Positions 49,325 through 58,095 of a stretch of DNA of 64,000 nucleotides are shown here, in pieces. A program made the position numbers and the translations under genes. Origin of the DNA: Candidatus Collierbacteria bacterium RIFOXYD2_FULL_45_13 (GTDB taxonomy: Bacteria > Patescibacteriota > Microgenomatia > UBA1400 > MFAQ01); contig MFAS01000001.1 of NCBI GenBank assembly GCA_001774685.1, positions 1,025,252 to 1,089,251 on the forward strand, read 5' to 3'. Under the pieces are notes generated by a model. That model searched no databases. It was not told the DNA's origin and saw only the letters and a list, made by a program, of their open reading frames with translations. The stretch's first letter is position 1; each line of letters begins with the position of its first letter.

Positions 49325-49670
49325 ACTGCTTGAGTAGCTCCAGATCTCCTTTATTATTTTTCAACTCGTCTACAAACTGAGAGATCGCTAATCCCCCAAA
49401 ATCATTTACGAGGTTGCCATAGATCGCCGACAAGTTTTTCTTCACAAAAACCTCTTTTTCCAAACAAGGACAATACTCAAAGGCTTTTCCGCACATTTCC
49501 CTCTTTAGGATCTTCTTGTCAGCCATTCTTTTGAGCACCGTCATAATCGTAGTGTAGGCATGATCGCCTCCCAGCTTTCCCAAGACTTCCTGTGGTTTGA
49601 GTGGCTTTTCAGCCTCCCAGAGAATGTTCATCACCTGCTCCTCAAGCGGTCCAAATAATTTGCTTTTCAT
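49278..49670 (-). CDS. BlaI/CopY-family repressor with internal Cys cluster (CGKAFEYCPC)
   Basis: EEQVMNILWEAEKPLKPQEVL...YTTIMTVLKRMADKKIL winged-helix pattern of the BlaI family. The extra Cx6CxC is absent from classical BlaI. Confidence 0.7.
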   Translation of the reverse strand: MKSKLFGPLEEQVMNILWEAEKPLKPQEVLGKLGGDHAYTTIMTVLKRMADKKILKREMCGKAFEYCPCLEKEVFVKKNLSAIYGNLVNDFGGLAISQFVDELKNNKGDLELLKQYVEDSTKSNESSKTK

Positions 49671-49722
49671 ATACTACGTATTGTAGCATAGACTATTATA
49701 TCGTCGCCTCGAATCTACAATC

Positions 49723-49778
49723 TCCTGTAGGGCCAGGCCTTGAAGGATGAGTTTCCTATAAGGCCTGGCCCTAACGGA
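49723..49778. repeat. Degenerate, split REP-like element: CCTGTAGGGCCAGGCC-(22 nt)-GGCCTGGCCCTAACGG in the blaI-2 / DsbD_2 divergent promoter region
   Basis: Two half-sites related to the REP palindrome form a 16-bp inverted repeat around a 22-nt loop. Confidence 0.55.
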
Positions 49779-49807
49779 AGCAATCAAATAAAATATAATT
49801 TAACCAA

Positions 49808-50863
49808 ATGCAAAACACCAACTTACTCATCATCTTCCTCACCGGTCTCACCACTGGCGGTCTCACCTGCCTAGCCCTCCAAGGCGGACTACTGACCTCG
49901 GTTATGGCCAAAAGAGAGGAAGAGTTCCTCAACACTTCTTCCAAAAAAACCCTGCGAGAATCTTCCTCAAAGATAAACTCCGGTAACTTGGTACCGGTTA
50001 TCTCTTTTCTCTCCGGCAAACTTTTCATTCACACCCTCCTGGGAGCTCTACTTGGCTTGCTCGGCTCGGCTATCACCCTTTCTCCGATCACTCGCGGTTG
50101 GCTCGAAGTTTTTATCGGTATTTACCTTTTTGGTATTGCCGGTAATCTACTGCACCTACACCCTCTGTTCCGTTATTTTGTCATCACGCCTCCCAAGTTT
50201 CTGGCCAAACTAGCCAAAAACGAATCAAAAAGTAATTCCGTCTTTGCCCCTGCCCTTCTCGGTCTCATGACGGTTTTCCTCCCTTGTGCCACCACTCAGG
50301 CTATGGAAGTAATCGCCATCGGCACCGGAAATCCTCTTTATGGCGCCGCCATCATGTTTGCTTTTGTCCTCGGTACCTCTCCCACTTTCCTCATTTTTGG
50401 CTTCCTTCTCAATCAAGGCTCCACTTGGTTAAAAAAATATTTCCCTACTGTCGCGGCTACCGCTATGTTTGGCATGTCTATTTACAGTATCAACGCCGGC
50501 ATTGGTCTCATGGGCTCCGTCTATACCATTCAAAACTTTATCTCAGCGGCCAAGTCCGAACCGGTTCTGGCCAGCAACTCCGTTCTGGGCGACAAGGTCC
50601 AGACTACTACCATCACAGTAGCCAATTCCGGTTACACCCCCAGACAAATCACCCTCAAAAAAGGGGTTCTGACAAAACTAAAATTAATCACGAATAATGT
50701 CCAGTCGTGTTCACGCTCCTTTACCATTCCCAGTCTTAACATTCAAAAGCTGTTGCCCGTGACTGGTGAAACCACCATCGAATTCACCCCCAAAACCACT
50801 GGCCCTCTCGCCTTCTCCTGCTCCATGGGCATGTACACCGGCCGTTTCAATATTATTAATTAA
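49808..50863 (+). CDS. DsbD_2/TauE-like multi-TM protein with C-terminal Cys/Met-rich soluble domain (paralog of the 46827..48362 core)
   Basis: ...GGLTCLALQGG... and ...VFLPCATTQAMEV... in TM helices. C-terminal ...LAFSCSMGMYTGRFNII parallels FTCWMGMVSG of the paralog. Confidence 0.6.
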   Translation: MQNTNLLIIFLTGLTTGGLTCLALQGGLLTSVMAKREEEFLNTSSKKTLRESSSKINSGNLVPVISFLSGKLFIHTLLGALLGLLGSAITLSPITRGWLEVFIGIYLFGIAGNLLHLHPLFRYFVITPPKFLAKLAKNESKSNSVFAPALLGLMTVFLPCATTQAMEVIAIGTGNPLYGAAIMFAFVLGTSPTFLIFGFLLNQGSTWLKKYFPTVAATAMFGMSIYSINAGIGLMGSVYTIQNFISAAKSEPVLASNSVLGDKVQTTTITVANSGYTPRQITLKKGVLTKLKLITNNVQSCSRSFTIPSLNIQKLLPVTGETTIEFTPKTTGPLAFSCSMGMYTGRFNIIN

Positions 50864-50879
50864 ATTTTTATTGAATATA

Positions 50880-50960
50880 TTGTGCAGAGGCGCCAGCAAA
50901 AAGCCGCACGGAGCGGATCCGCACTCGTACTCGAGGGACGGAGGTCGAGTACAGCTTTTT
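50880..50960. promoter_or_regulatory. GC-rich, multiply palindromic intergenic element upstream of the copZ-like gene (candidate operator or structured leader)
   Basis: GCAAAAAGC...GCTTTTTGC outer inverted repeat enclosing GAGCGGATCCGCAC (near-palindrome) and GTACTCGAGGGACGGAGGTCGAGTAC (8-bp inverted repeat). Confidence 0.35.
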
Positions 50961-50998
50961 GCGCGGCTCGAACAATCAAAATAAAAATTTAAATCAAA

Positions 50999-51246
50999 TG
51001 TTTAACTTTTTCAAACCAAAAACCATCAGCATCACCCCCAACACCGAGTCAATTACTTTACAGCTTTCCGGCCTCCACTGTTCCTCTTGTGCCGTGAACA
51101 TCGATCTGGCTCTCGAAGACCTCCCTGGCGTGATAGCCAAAACCAACTACGCCAAGTCCGAAACCAAGATAACCTTCGACCCCTCCCAAACCTCTCTCGA
51201 TGCTATCCACTTCACCATCCGCGACCTCGGGTACAACATCATATAG
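50999..51246 (+). CDS. copZ: HMA-domain metallochaperone (CopZ-like). Track ORF begins at 50959; the ATG at 50999 is preferred
   Basis: LSGLHCSSCAVNIDLALEDLPGV, with a βαββαβ-sized ORF. Confidence 0.7.
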
Positions 51247-51257
51247 GAGCCCGGTTT

Positions 51258-51608
51258 CTATGTCTTACCAGTCAAGTATTTTGGAATGACATGCATGTGA
51301 ATATGTCCCACATGCATAGGGTCGTTCTCTAGTTTGTATACATTATTATTTAACTTCAGCACGTAAGCCGGGGCTCGCCATTTTTTTGTAAACTTCTCCG
51401 CCAGGAAAACCACTAGCTCAAAAAAGTCACCAGGATCCGACATTTCTGTCATCTCGCCGACATGTAGCTTCGGAAAAACAATGAAATGCCCTTCCGTTTC
51501 CGGGTGTATCACTTTCATGGCCACACACTTCTCACCCTCCCAGATAATCTCATGGTCTAAGTGTTTCGGATCGCTCAGTATTCGACAAAAGACACATGTA
51601 TTATTCAT
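51258..51608 (-). CDS. HIT-family (histidine triad) hydrolase
   Basis: C-terminal HVGHIHMHVIP (HxHxHxx) and an N-terminal CVFCRI zinc-ribbon-like motif typical of HIT/Hint. Confidence 0.8.
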   Translation of the reverse strand: MNNTCVFCRILSDPKHLDHEIIWEGEKCVAMKVIHPETEGHFIVFPKLHVGEMTEMSDPGDFFELVVFLAEKFTKKWRAPAYVLKLNNNVYKLENDPMHVGHIHMHVIPKYLTGKT

Positions 51609-52942
51609 AATCCTAGTCTAACTAAACAACACTCGATCATCAAGCCCACCTGCATAAAATCATCGGCAGATATTGTGTCCAAGTCAGTCACAAACTTCCT
51701 TATGCCATTCAATGTATTGAAATAATAGTTCTGCCTTACCCCATCAATTATTTTCTTTGACTCTGCCAGTACTCTCGCTGGTTCTCCTTTCAACAGAGCC
51801 GTTGCCTTGAACTCAAGATGATCAGCAAACTTTTGTGTCTTCTTGTTTTTCACCACCGTTCTCTCACCCACTTTGGCAACCAAGCCTTCCATGTCCGCCA
51901 TTGTTTGTTGCACGAATAATTCACAGGCATCAGCACTCTTTACCAGCGCCGTAACAGCCTCTGCGTTATTTGCAAAATCAAAGATATGTCCACGCTTGGA
52001 CAACAAATCTTCCTCTCTTAGCATCGGCTTTGTCAGGGTCAGGTAGACAGCTGCCTTCTTCAGCTTCTCGGCTAGTCTATGTTTTCCAAACTCCTCCAAT
52101 ATCTTCTTTATAGTCATTGCTTCACCCCCGGTGCCACTCGCTATCTTTCCCGCAAAACTTACTCCCGCTCCAAATATCTGCACTCCTTTTTCTTGTCCCT
52201 CTTTTTCAGACAATACAAATGCCGTGTCCCCTACCCCCGCCTCATCATCCACAAGAACTGCCAAGTCTGCCGTTGTAGCGTCTATCAGTGTTTGTGTTGC
52301 CACCAAAAGGGCCCCCGTCGCCGTCAACTCACCTGATTTTTGTAGGGTCACTACCCTACCCCTCTGAACAAAAGGCAAAAAACCGGACCCTGACCAAGTA
52401 GTGTTTAGTTTGTGTACCTGATCTCCAGATATATGCTGCAGCTCCGCTTCAGAAGCTATCTCTACTCCAAAACCAGCTTGTTTCAATACCTGCTCTGTTT
52501 CCTGAGCCACAACTGAAAATACATCCAACCCGCTAGCCATAATCAATTCATTGACCGTTCGTATGTTTGCAACATTCTCACTTCGTTTTCTGTATCTTTC
52601 CACCACCTCACTCACCGGAAAAGTTCCAGCGCTCATTAGTTCTACCGCTTCAGCAAGATTCAATCCCCAGGCCTCAGCCAAGCTCACCACGGCTCCTGCC
52701 GCCCTCGGACCCGTATTGTTATTTATGAGTACCACAGACAAATCACCACCCAAAGCGCTCTTGGTCTGCTCTGCTATTGCCAGTAAGAATAGATGCCCCA
52801 AATGAGGTTCTTTACCCAAAGTAATACAGCACACTACCAACGGATTCTCCGTTTGAAGCGTTTCATTTTCTTTATTTACCGTCAGCTCTGATAGTTCAGC
52901 TGGCTTCACCGATAGTTTCAATTTTTCGATGTATTTTTCCAT
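51605..52942 (-). CDS. Class I aminoacyl-tRNA-synthetase-like protein, possibly a short arginyl-tRNA synthetase
   Basis: HIGH-type motif PHLGHL in the context LGKEPHLGHLFLLAIAE...LINNNTGPRAAG, comparable to ArgRS HVGHLRSTIIGD...NHVGDWGTQFG. 445 aa, shorter than typical ArgRS. Overlaps the HIT gene by 4 nt. Confidence 0.4.
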   Translation of the reverse strand: MEKYIEKLKLSVKPAELSELTVNKENETLQTENPLVVCCITLGKEPHLGHLFLLAIAEQTKSALGGDLSVVLINNNTGPRAAGAVVSLAEAWGLNLAEAVELMSAGTFPVSEVVERYRKRSENVANIRTVNELIMASGLDVFSVVAQETEQVLKQAGFGVEIASEAELQHISGDQVHKLNTTWSGSGFLPFVQRGRVVTLQKSGELTATGALLVATQTLIDATTADLAVLVDDEAGVGDTAFVLSEKEGQEKGVQIFGAGVSFAGKIASGTGGEAMTIKKILEEFGKHRLAEKLKKAAVYLTLTKPMLREEDLLSKRGHIFDFANNAEAVTALVKSADACELFVQQTMADMEGLVAKVGERTVVKNKKTQKFADHLEFKATALLKGEPARVLAESKKIIDGVRQNYYFNTLNGIRKFVTDLDTISADDFMQVGLMIECCLVRLGL

Positions 52943-52949
52943 GTTATTT

Positions 52950-53618
52950 TTATTTGATTACCGCTCCCATTATCTTGGGTACGTATTTGTTAACCATGCT
53001 TCCATAAATTCTGAGCGATGTCTGCTGGTTGTGAAGCTTAGTCGTCAGGATTTCTTCTTCAGTCATCTGCACAGTTACAAAACCTCTCTCTGCTACAGAC
53101 TCCACTGCTTGTTTATAATGGCTAGCTAACGGTCTTCCGCCACCGGACTCAGCTATGGTTATGTCCCAGATCAGTTCATTGACCAAATGCAAATAGCAGA
53201 TCAGGAACGCATCAACAGTGACGGCCTCAGTGTTGATTCCCAGTACTGCCAAATCTCCCTCGGGAAGTGAACTCACCATATGTTCTACAGCCACCGGCGC
53301 CGTTGTCATCACCGGCACGTACAGCTTACCCCTGACATCCCCCACTTCCATCAAGTGACAGCCCAGAGACTCTTTGGGGTTTAGCCCCACGATCGACTTA
53401 TCCCACGCCTTCGTCCACAAAAAGGCTTCCCGTGGTCTCGCATACAACTGGTCCAGCAGTGTTGCTGTAATTTGGGACAGGTCTGGTTCAGGAGAATCAA
53501 TATTTACATAGCAAGTAAAGGGGTTCTCCCCAAACGTCTCCCTACCTTTCTTCTCGGCATAGGCCGCCCGAATCAGATTTTCTTTATCTAATAATGGTGT
53601 GTTGGTTATTTTTTCCAT
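52950..53618 (-). CDS. Hypothetical protein (222 aa)
   Basis: ORF coupled 7 nt downstream of the aaRS-like gene. No family recognised. Confidence 0.5.
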   Translation of the reverse strand: MEKITNTPLLDKENLIRAAYAEKKGRETFGENPFTCYVNIDSPEPDLSQITATLLDQLYARPREAFLWTKAWDKSIVGLNPKESLGCHLMEVGDVRGKLYVPVMTTAPVAVEHMVSSLPEGDLAVLGINTEAVTVDAFLICYLHLVNELIWDITIAESGGGRPLASHYKQAVESVAERGFVTVQMTEEEILTTKLHNQQTSLRIYGSMVNKYVPKIMGAVIK

Positions 53619-53887
53619 AGGCTTTTGATCACAAAAAAACTCCCCAGGGAGCCAAAGCTGGCTTCTTGGGGAGTCTTTCTGGTTGTTACTTTGTTATTCC
53701 GTTATTACTCCATCGCAAGACAAGCCAACTAAGGCCATAAAACGGCGGTACCAGAAAGCCTGACTTGCATTAATAACTCTCATAACTCCACAGATTATAA
53801 GATCACTCCACACCCTTGTCAATCCTCAACTATCGAATCATAAGTCTCCAAAATGTAATTTTAATTACCCCGTGTTAGGATGTTATT

Positions 53888-55099
53888 ATGTCCAAAAACA
53901 CGACCACTTCGTTCGGTTGGCCCGCCCTAGTTGTAGTCCTCACCATCATTCTCACCGTAATGTCATACGCTTTCCGTCAGTCCTGGTCGCGACAAGTCAC
54001 TCTAGAATCAACGTCGCTAATTCAGTCCGAAAAAATCGCTTCGGCAGAAGCCCAGATAAAAGACTTGGCCCAGCAAATCCTCGTTCTGGAAAGTGAGGAC
54101 CAAAGAGTCAAGAACAACACTCTGCAAAAAGAAATTGCCAGTCTAAAAGCCATCTACAACACGACCCTCGTCCAGTACGAGGATATCCTGAACCTCAGGG
54201 AACAGTCGGCCTCCAAGACAACCGTGCTGGAGAATCTCTTGGCAGATATTTTAGCGGCTATTTCCAAAAATGACCTCAAAACCGCCCAGGATATTTCCAA
54301 AAAACTTGCCGCCGAAATCACCAAAGAAAAATCTAGACTAGCCTCCCTGGCTCAGACGGCCTTCGTTGCCATTCCCGCCAGTGTCCCGGCTAAAACTACA
54401 CCTCCATCTTCCGGTTTTGGTCGACAAAAAGTTACCGTCGAAGGTTTGGGCGACTACCTTGTTGATATCGTCGCAGGAGACCTTGGTTCCACCAAAGTCA
54501 TCGTCGATACCGCCTCCACTAGTACTTGTGCCAACAACTGCCCGGTTATGTCTCTAGCCAGCTATGCCGCTCGCACCGGCGCGTATGCAGGCGTCAATGG
54601 ATCATATTTCTGTCCCGCCAGTTACCCCGGCTGTGCCGGCAAAACCAATTCTTTTGATCTACTGCTCATGAACAAAGATAAAGTCTACTTCAACTCGGAT
54701 AATAATGTTTACAGCAACAATCCGGGTGTCGTCTTCGGTAGTGGCTACATCCGCTTTCTCAGTGCCGTCTCCGGTTGGGGACGCGATACGGGTATCGATA
54801 GCATGATCAGTAACTACCCGCTGTTACTTTCTGGAGGTAGCATCACTTTTGGCGGCAACTCCGACCCCAAGCAAGGTTCGAGGGGTAATCGCAGTTTTGT
54901 CGCCAGCAAGGGGAACACTGTTTATATTGGCGTCGTTCACGGTGTTACCGTCGCCGAATCGGCCAGAGTCCTGAAAGCTATGGGCATGGAAAATGCTTTA
55001 AATCTTGACAGCGGAGGATCCACCGCTCTATGGTCGGGCGGCTACAAAGTCGGCCCCGGCCGCGACCTCCCCAACGCCATCCTCTTCGTCAGGAAATAG
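53888..55099 (+). CDS. Membrane-anchored phosphodiester glycosidase-family (NAGPA/DUF2233) protein with coiled-coil stalk
   Basis: N-terminal TM, ~150-aa coiled coil, and a C-terminal domain ending ...ENALNLDSGGSTALWSGGYKV, the NAGPA family signature. Confidence 0.65.
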   Translation: MSKNTTTSFGWPALVVVLTIILTVMSYAFRQSWSRQVTLESTSLIQSEKIASAEAQIKDLAQQILVLESEDQRVKNNTLQKEIASLKAIYNTTLVQYEDILNLREQSASKTTVLENLLADILAAISKNDLKTAQDISKKLAAEITKEKSRLASLAQTAFVAIPASVPAKTTPPSSGFGRQKVTVEGLGDYLVDIVAGDLGSTKVIVDTASTSTCANNCPVMSLASYAARTGAYAGVNGSYFCPASYPGCAGKTNSFDLLLMNKDKVYFNSDNNVYSNNPGVVFGSGYIRFLSAVSGWGRDTGIDSMISNYPLLLSGGSITFGGNSDPKQGSRGNRSFVASKGNTVYIGVVHGVTVAESARVLKAMGMENALNLDSGGSTALWSGGYKVGPGRDLPNAILFVRK

Positions 55100-55139
55100 T
55101 CATCGCTAAAGATTCCTCAGACTATCAATAGCTCGTCTA

Positions 55140-55913
55140 TTAAATCAACCCCTTCAGCAGCTCATCCGGGTCAGGTCGGGGGGGTTTAATTTTGGCCAAT
55201 CCCCGACTTTCTGAAAACTTTACGGCCTTCATAACAACTTCCAGGTTTGCTGACGATGGTCTCAGTTTTATCATATCAACCCGCACCTGAGCTGACCCGC
55301 CGTTTTTCCATACTGGTATGTAATCCACCCCCCAGCGGTCTTCGTCCGTCTTTTTCGACATTTTATCGCCAAAAGCCTCCCAATCCACCCAGCCGGGGAT
55401 ATCTTCAAGTGTTTCGTTTCCATCTATAGCAAATTTATCATTGGAAAATACAATTATGCCATCAAGCGACAAGACCAGGGTCATACCAGGATATGGCTCC
55501 TCTTTTTGAGCATAGGATGGTACAGGGTGTAACACCCAGTACTCTCTACCATCCCTATCGGTTTTTCTAATAAAGGCATTTGGATTTCTCTCCTCTCCTT
55601 TTTCATCGAATACAATCTTTTTGATCAACCCTTCGTACCACTTCTGGTCTTCTGTCAAACCATGTAGATAGGCCTCCGTCTGAAGCTTGGTTGTTATCTC
55701 ATCCAACCCTTTTTGGGCAACTTCTTTTTGCATATCTGTAGCGTTTTTATCTTGCCTGATACCCTCAAAAGGGGCCATCTCTTGTGCTGCCCCTATATCA
55801 CCAACCAAAACATGGCTCTCGTCAGCGAATATAGTCCGATTATCTTTTGCAAATGACTCAGCCGCTATTTGCTCCTTACTTTTTTGTGATTCTTCCATAT
55901 CCCACATCTTCAC
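55140..55913 (-). CDS. Hypothetical protein (257 aa)
   Basis: Acidic soluble ORF with no motif recognised. Confidence 0.5.
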   Translation of the reverse strand: MKMWDMEESQKSKEQIAAESFAKDNRTIFADESHVLVGDIGAAQEMAPFEGIRQDKNATDMQKEVAQKGLDEITTKLQTEAYLHGLTEDQKWYEGLIKKIVFDEKGEERNPNAFIRKTDRDGREYWVLHPVPSYAQKEEPYPGMTLVLSLDGIIVFSNDKFAIDGNETLEDIPGWVDWEAFGDKMSKKTDEDRWGVDYIPVWKNGGSAQVRVDMIKLRPSSANLEVVMKAVKFSESRGLAKIKPPRPDPDELLKGLI

Positions 55914-55959
55914 ACATTACATGCTCTCTTGTCAATCGTGCGGTCTACAAAAAACTTTT

Positions 55960-56484
55960 TCAGTTCTTCTTCAGTGTTACCACCCATGTGTTGCTCTGCT
56001 CATTTGAGGCAGGGATCATCATCGACCCAACTACTTCTAGTGACGTCTCCAGTTTCAGTTTCCCATCGCAAAAATGTTCACTTGAAACTATTAGCAAGGT
56101 TTCTCCCCCATTTATCAACACTCTCTCAATTTCTCCTATTGCTCTAGCCAAATCGAACTTCTCCTCAAATATATTCACCGAAACCACCACATCCACCGAG
56201 TTTCCGGATATCGGTAAACACTGCAGTTCTCCTTGAACCAGTCCGGCATGAATCTTTTTGTTTCTCTGATTCCAATCACCCAGATCCATTCTGCACACTT
56301 TTTCACCAAATTTATTAAACAAAAAAGGCATCAAGGTTTCTTCTCCAAAGCCAAGCTCCATCACCCTCTTGCCATATGGGTTAGTATGTCGGCCATCCAA
56401 TATTTTCTGAAGTTCCATTACCACATTCACAGTTTCCGCCAAACCAGGCTCCTGGCCCGTTAGAAAAACTGTTGCGGTTTCCAT
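55960..56484 (-). CDS. Class I SAM-dependent methyltransferase-like protein
   Basis: Motif I-like RVMELGFGEE, acidic RMDLGD, motif II SVDVVVSVNIFEE and motif III VLINGGETLLIVS. Confidence 0.5.
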   Translation of the reverse strand: METATVFLTGQEPGLAETVNVVMELQKILDGRHTNPYGKRVMELGFGEETLMPFLFNKFGEKVCRMDLGDWNQRNKKIHAGLVQGELQCLPISGNSVDVVVSVNIFEEKFDLARAIGEIERVLINGGETLLIVSSEHFCDGKLKLETSLEVVGSMMIPASNEQSNTWVVTLKKN

Positions 56485-56637
56485 TTACTTGTCCTCGCCT
56501 TTCACGTCTTTGAGGTAAGCCTTAAACTCTTCCCATACTTTCTTCCAGTCACCATCGGCGGCCTCAATCTCTTTGAATATCATCTCCACGTCAACTAATA
56601 TCTGATCCTCTTTTACAATCATTTTTGTTTTTGACAT
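56485..56637 (-). CDS. Small ORF (50 aa, MSKTKMIVKEDQILVDVEMIFKEIEAADGDWKKVWEEFKAYLKDVKGEDK), not in the supplied track
   Basis: Manual translation. Its stop TAA abuts the methyltransferase ATG with 0-nt spacing. Acidic and helical. Confidence 0.35.
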   Translation of the reverse strand: MSKTKMIVKEDQILVDVEMIFKEIEAADGDWKKVWEEFKAYLKDVKGEDK

Positions 56638-56763
56638 ATTTTTTGTTTACTTTTTAACCCGATCTACCGCCCTGGCGGGGCTGATATAGATAATATACTA
56701 CCTTTTCCCTTCTCTACCGGGAGCGGGCACCCTGCCCGCCCCCCTGTTTTAAACTTTTATTAT

Positions 56764-56799
56764 CTCGAGTTTTTGAGTTTTCGAGTTTTTGAGTTTTTT
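56764..56799. repeat. GAGTTTTT octamer tandem repeat (x4), immediately 3' of the rpsA stop
   Basis: CTCGAGTTTTTGAGTTTTCGAGTTTTTGAGTTTTTT. Confidence 0.7.
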
Positions 56800-57949
56800 A
56801 CTTATACGCCACCGGCACTTCAGTGAGCACTACTCCTAGAGACATGCGTCTGGCTTTGACGTCCAGGTTCTCTACAAATACTTCCACTTTGTCACCGACT
56901 TTAAATTCTTTATCCGCCGGTTTTTTCGAGACATGGATCAATCCATCGACACCTTTATCAAAGTTTACAAAAATACCATAAGGTGCAATGCGTACCACTT
57001 TACCTGAATGTTTGGTACCGATAGCAAAGTTTGTTTCAATAGAGGACCATGGGTCGCCGGTCATCTGTTTGATGGATAGGTTCAGTTTTCCTACGGCTTT
57101 GTCAATACCAATCACTTGGACATGGACTTCCTGGCCGACTTTAAACATGACATTAGGGTCTTCCACCTTTTCCCAGGAAATTTCCGAGATGTGGATCAGC
57201 CCTTCCACCTTAGCCACTTCGTCGGTCCCTTTCATAGGCACGTTTACAGTGACAAAGACACCAAAAGGCATAATCCCGGAGACAGTTCCTTCAAACTTGT
57301 CGCCTACATTGACGAGTTCCAGAGCTTCGCCTTTTTTGGCTAGTGCTTCTGAATCGGAAACCAACTTTTCGGAGAAGATTAATCTGTTTTGATCTTTATC
57401 CACTTCAATTACGCGCACCTTGAAGTTCTTGTTTAGAAGCGACTCCATATTACCTAGAAGTTTTTCGCCAAACTGAGAGGTTGGTACAAATCCGCGGATA
57501 TCTCCCACCTTGACCACCATACCGCCTTTGTTTACTTCCAAGCCAGAAACTTCCACCTCTTTCTCCTCATCCATGAGCTTCTTAAACTTGTACCAACGGT
57601 TTTCATCGGCCGCTTGTTTGAGGGTTAGGATTATTTGACCTTGGTCGTTCTCGGGGAACTTCACATAGGCACTTACCTTTTCACCAACTTTCAGCTCCTT
57701 GAGTACATCGTAGGCTTCTGCCAGATCTTCACCGGACACCACCCCTTCGGTCTTGGCTCCAATGTCGATCAACACCATCTTCTTACTAATGGCAGTCACG
57801 GTTCCCTCTACTTTTTGGTTTCTTTTTAGGGCCCCTGAGAAGCTGGATACTCCCTCCATCAGCTTGTCCATTACGGACATTTTGCCCGCCGAAGCGGTGC
57901 TTCCTCCTGTTTTTACTTTAATAACGTCTGATTTTTGAGAATTGCTCAT
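56798..57949 (-). CDS. rpsA: Ribosomal protein S1-like, four S1 domains
   Basis: Repeated S1/OB motifs (G.V.G.V..I..FG.FV.L..G..GL.H.SE) occur four times across 383 aa. Confidence 0.8.
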   Translation of the reverse strand: MSNSQKSDVIKVKTGGSTASAGKMSVMDKLMEGVSSFSGALKRNQKVEGTVTAISKKMVLIDIGAKTEGVVSGEDLAEAYDVLKELKVGEKVSAYVKFPENDQGQIILTLKQAADENRWYKFKKLMDEEKEVEVSGLEVNKGGMVVKVGDIRGFVPTSQFGEKLLGNMESLLNKNFKVRVIEVDKDQNRLIFSEKLVSDSEALAKKGEALELVNVGDKFEGTVSGIMPFGVFVTVNVPMKGTDEVAKVEGLIHISEISWEKVEDPNVMFKVGQEVHVQVIGIDKAVGKLNLSIKQMTGDPWSSIETNFAIGTKHSGKVVRIAPYGIFVNFDKGVDGLIHVSKKPADKEFKVGDKVEVFVENLDVKARRMSLGVVLTEVPVAYK

Positions 57950-58095
57950 TTATCATAAATTCCTTTCTTGTCTTTTAGACCTGTAAATTGTACCACACTT
58001 CCAGCCTAATTAGGTTCAAACACAGCTCAACCAAACTAGACAGCCCATAGCCATTTTGATATAATCCTCCCATCGCACCCTAACAAAGGAGAGTT

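Noticed and set aside
56640-56760. GC-rich hairpins (CCGCCCTGGCGGG, GCGGGCACCCTGCCCGC) downstream of rpsA as intrinsic terminators
   Set aside because: No adjacent T-run on the transcribed (minus) strand. May be REP-like structures or rho-dependent, so left uncalled.
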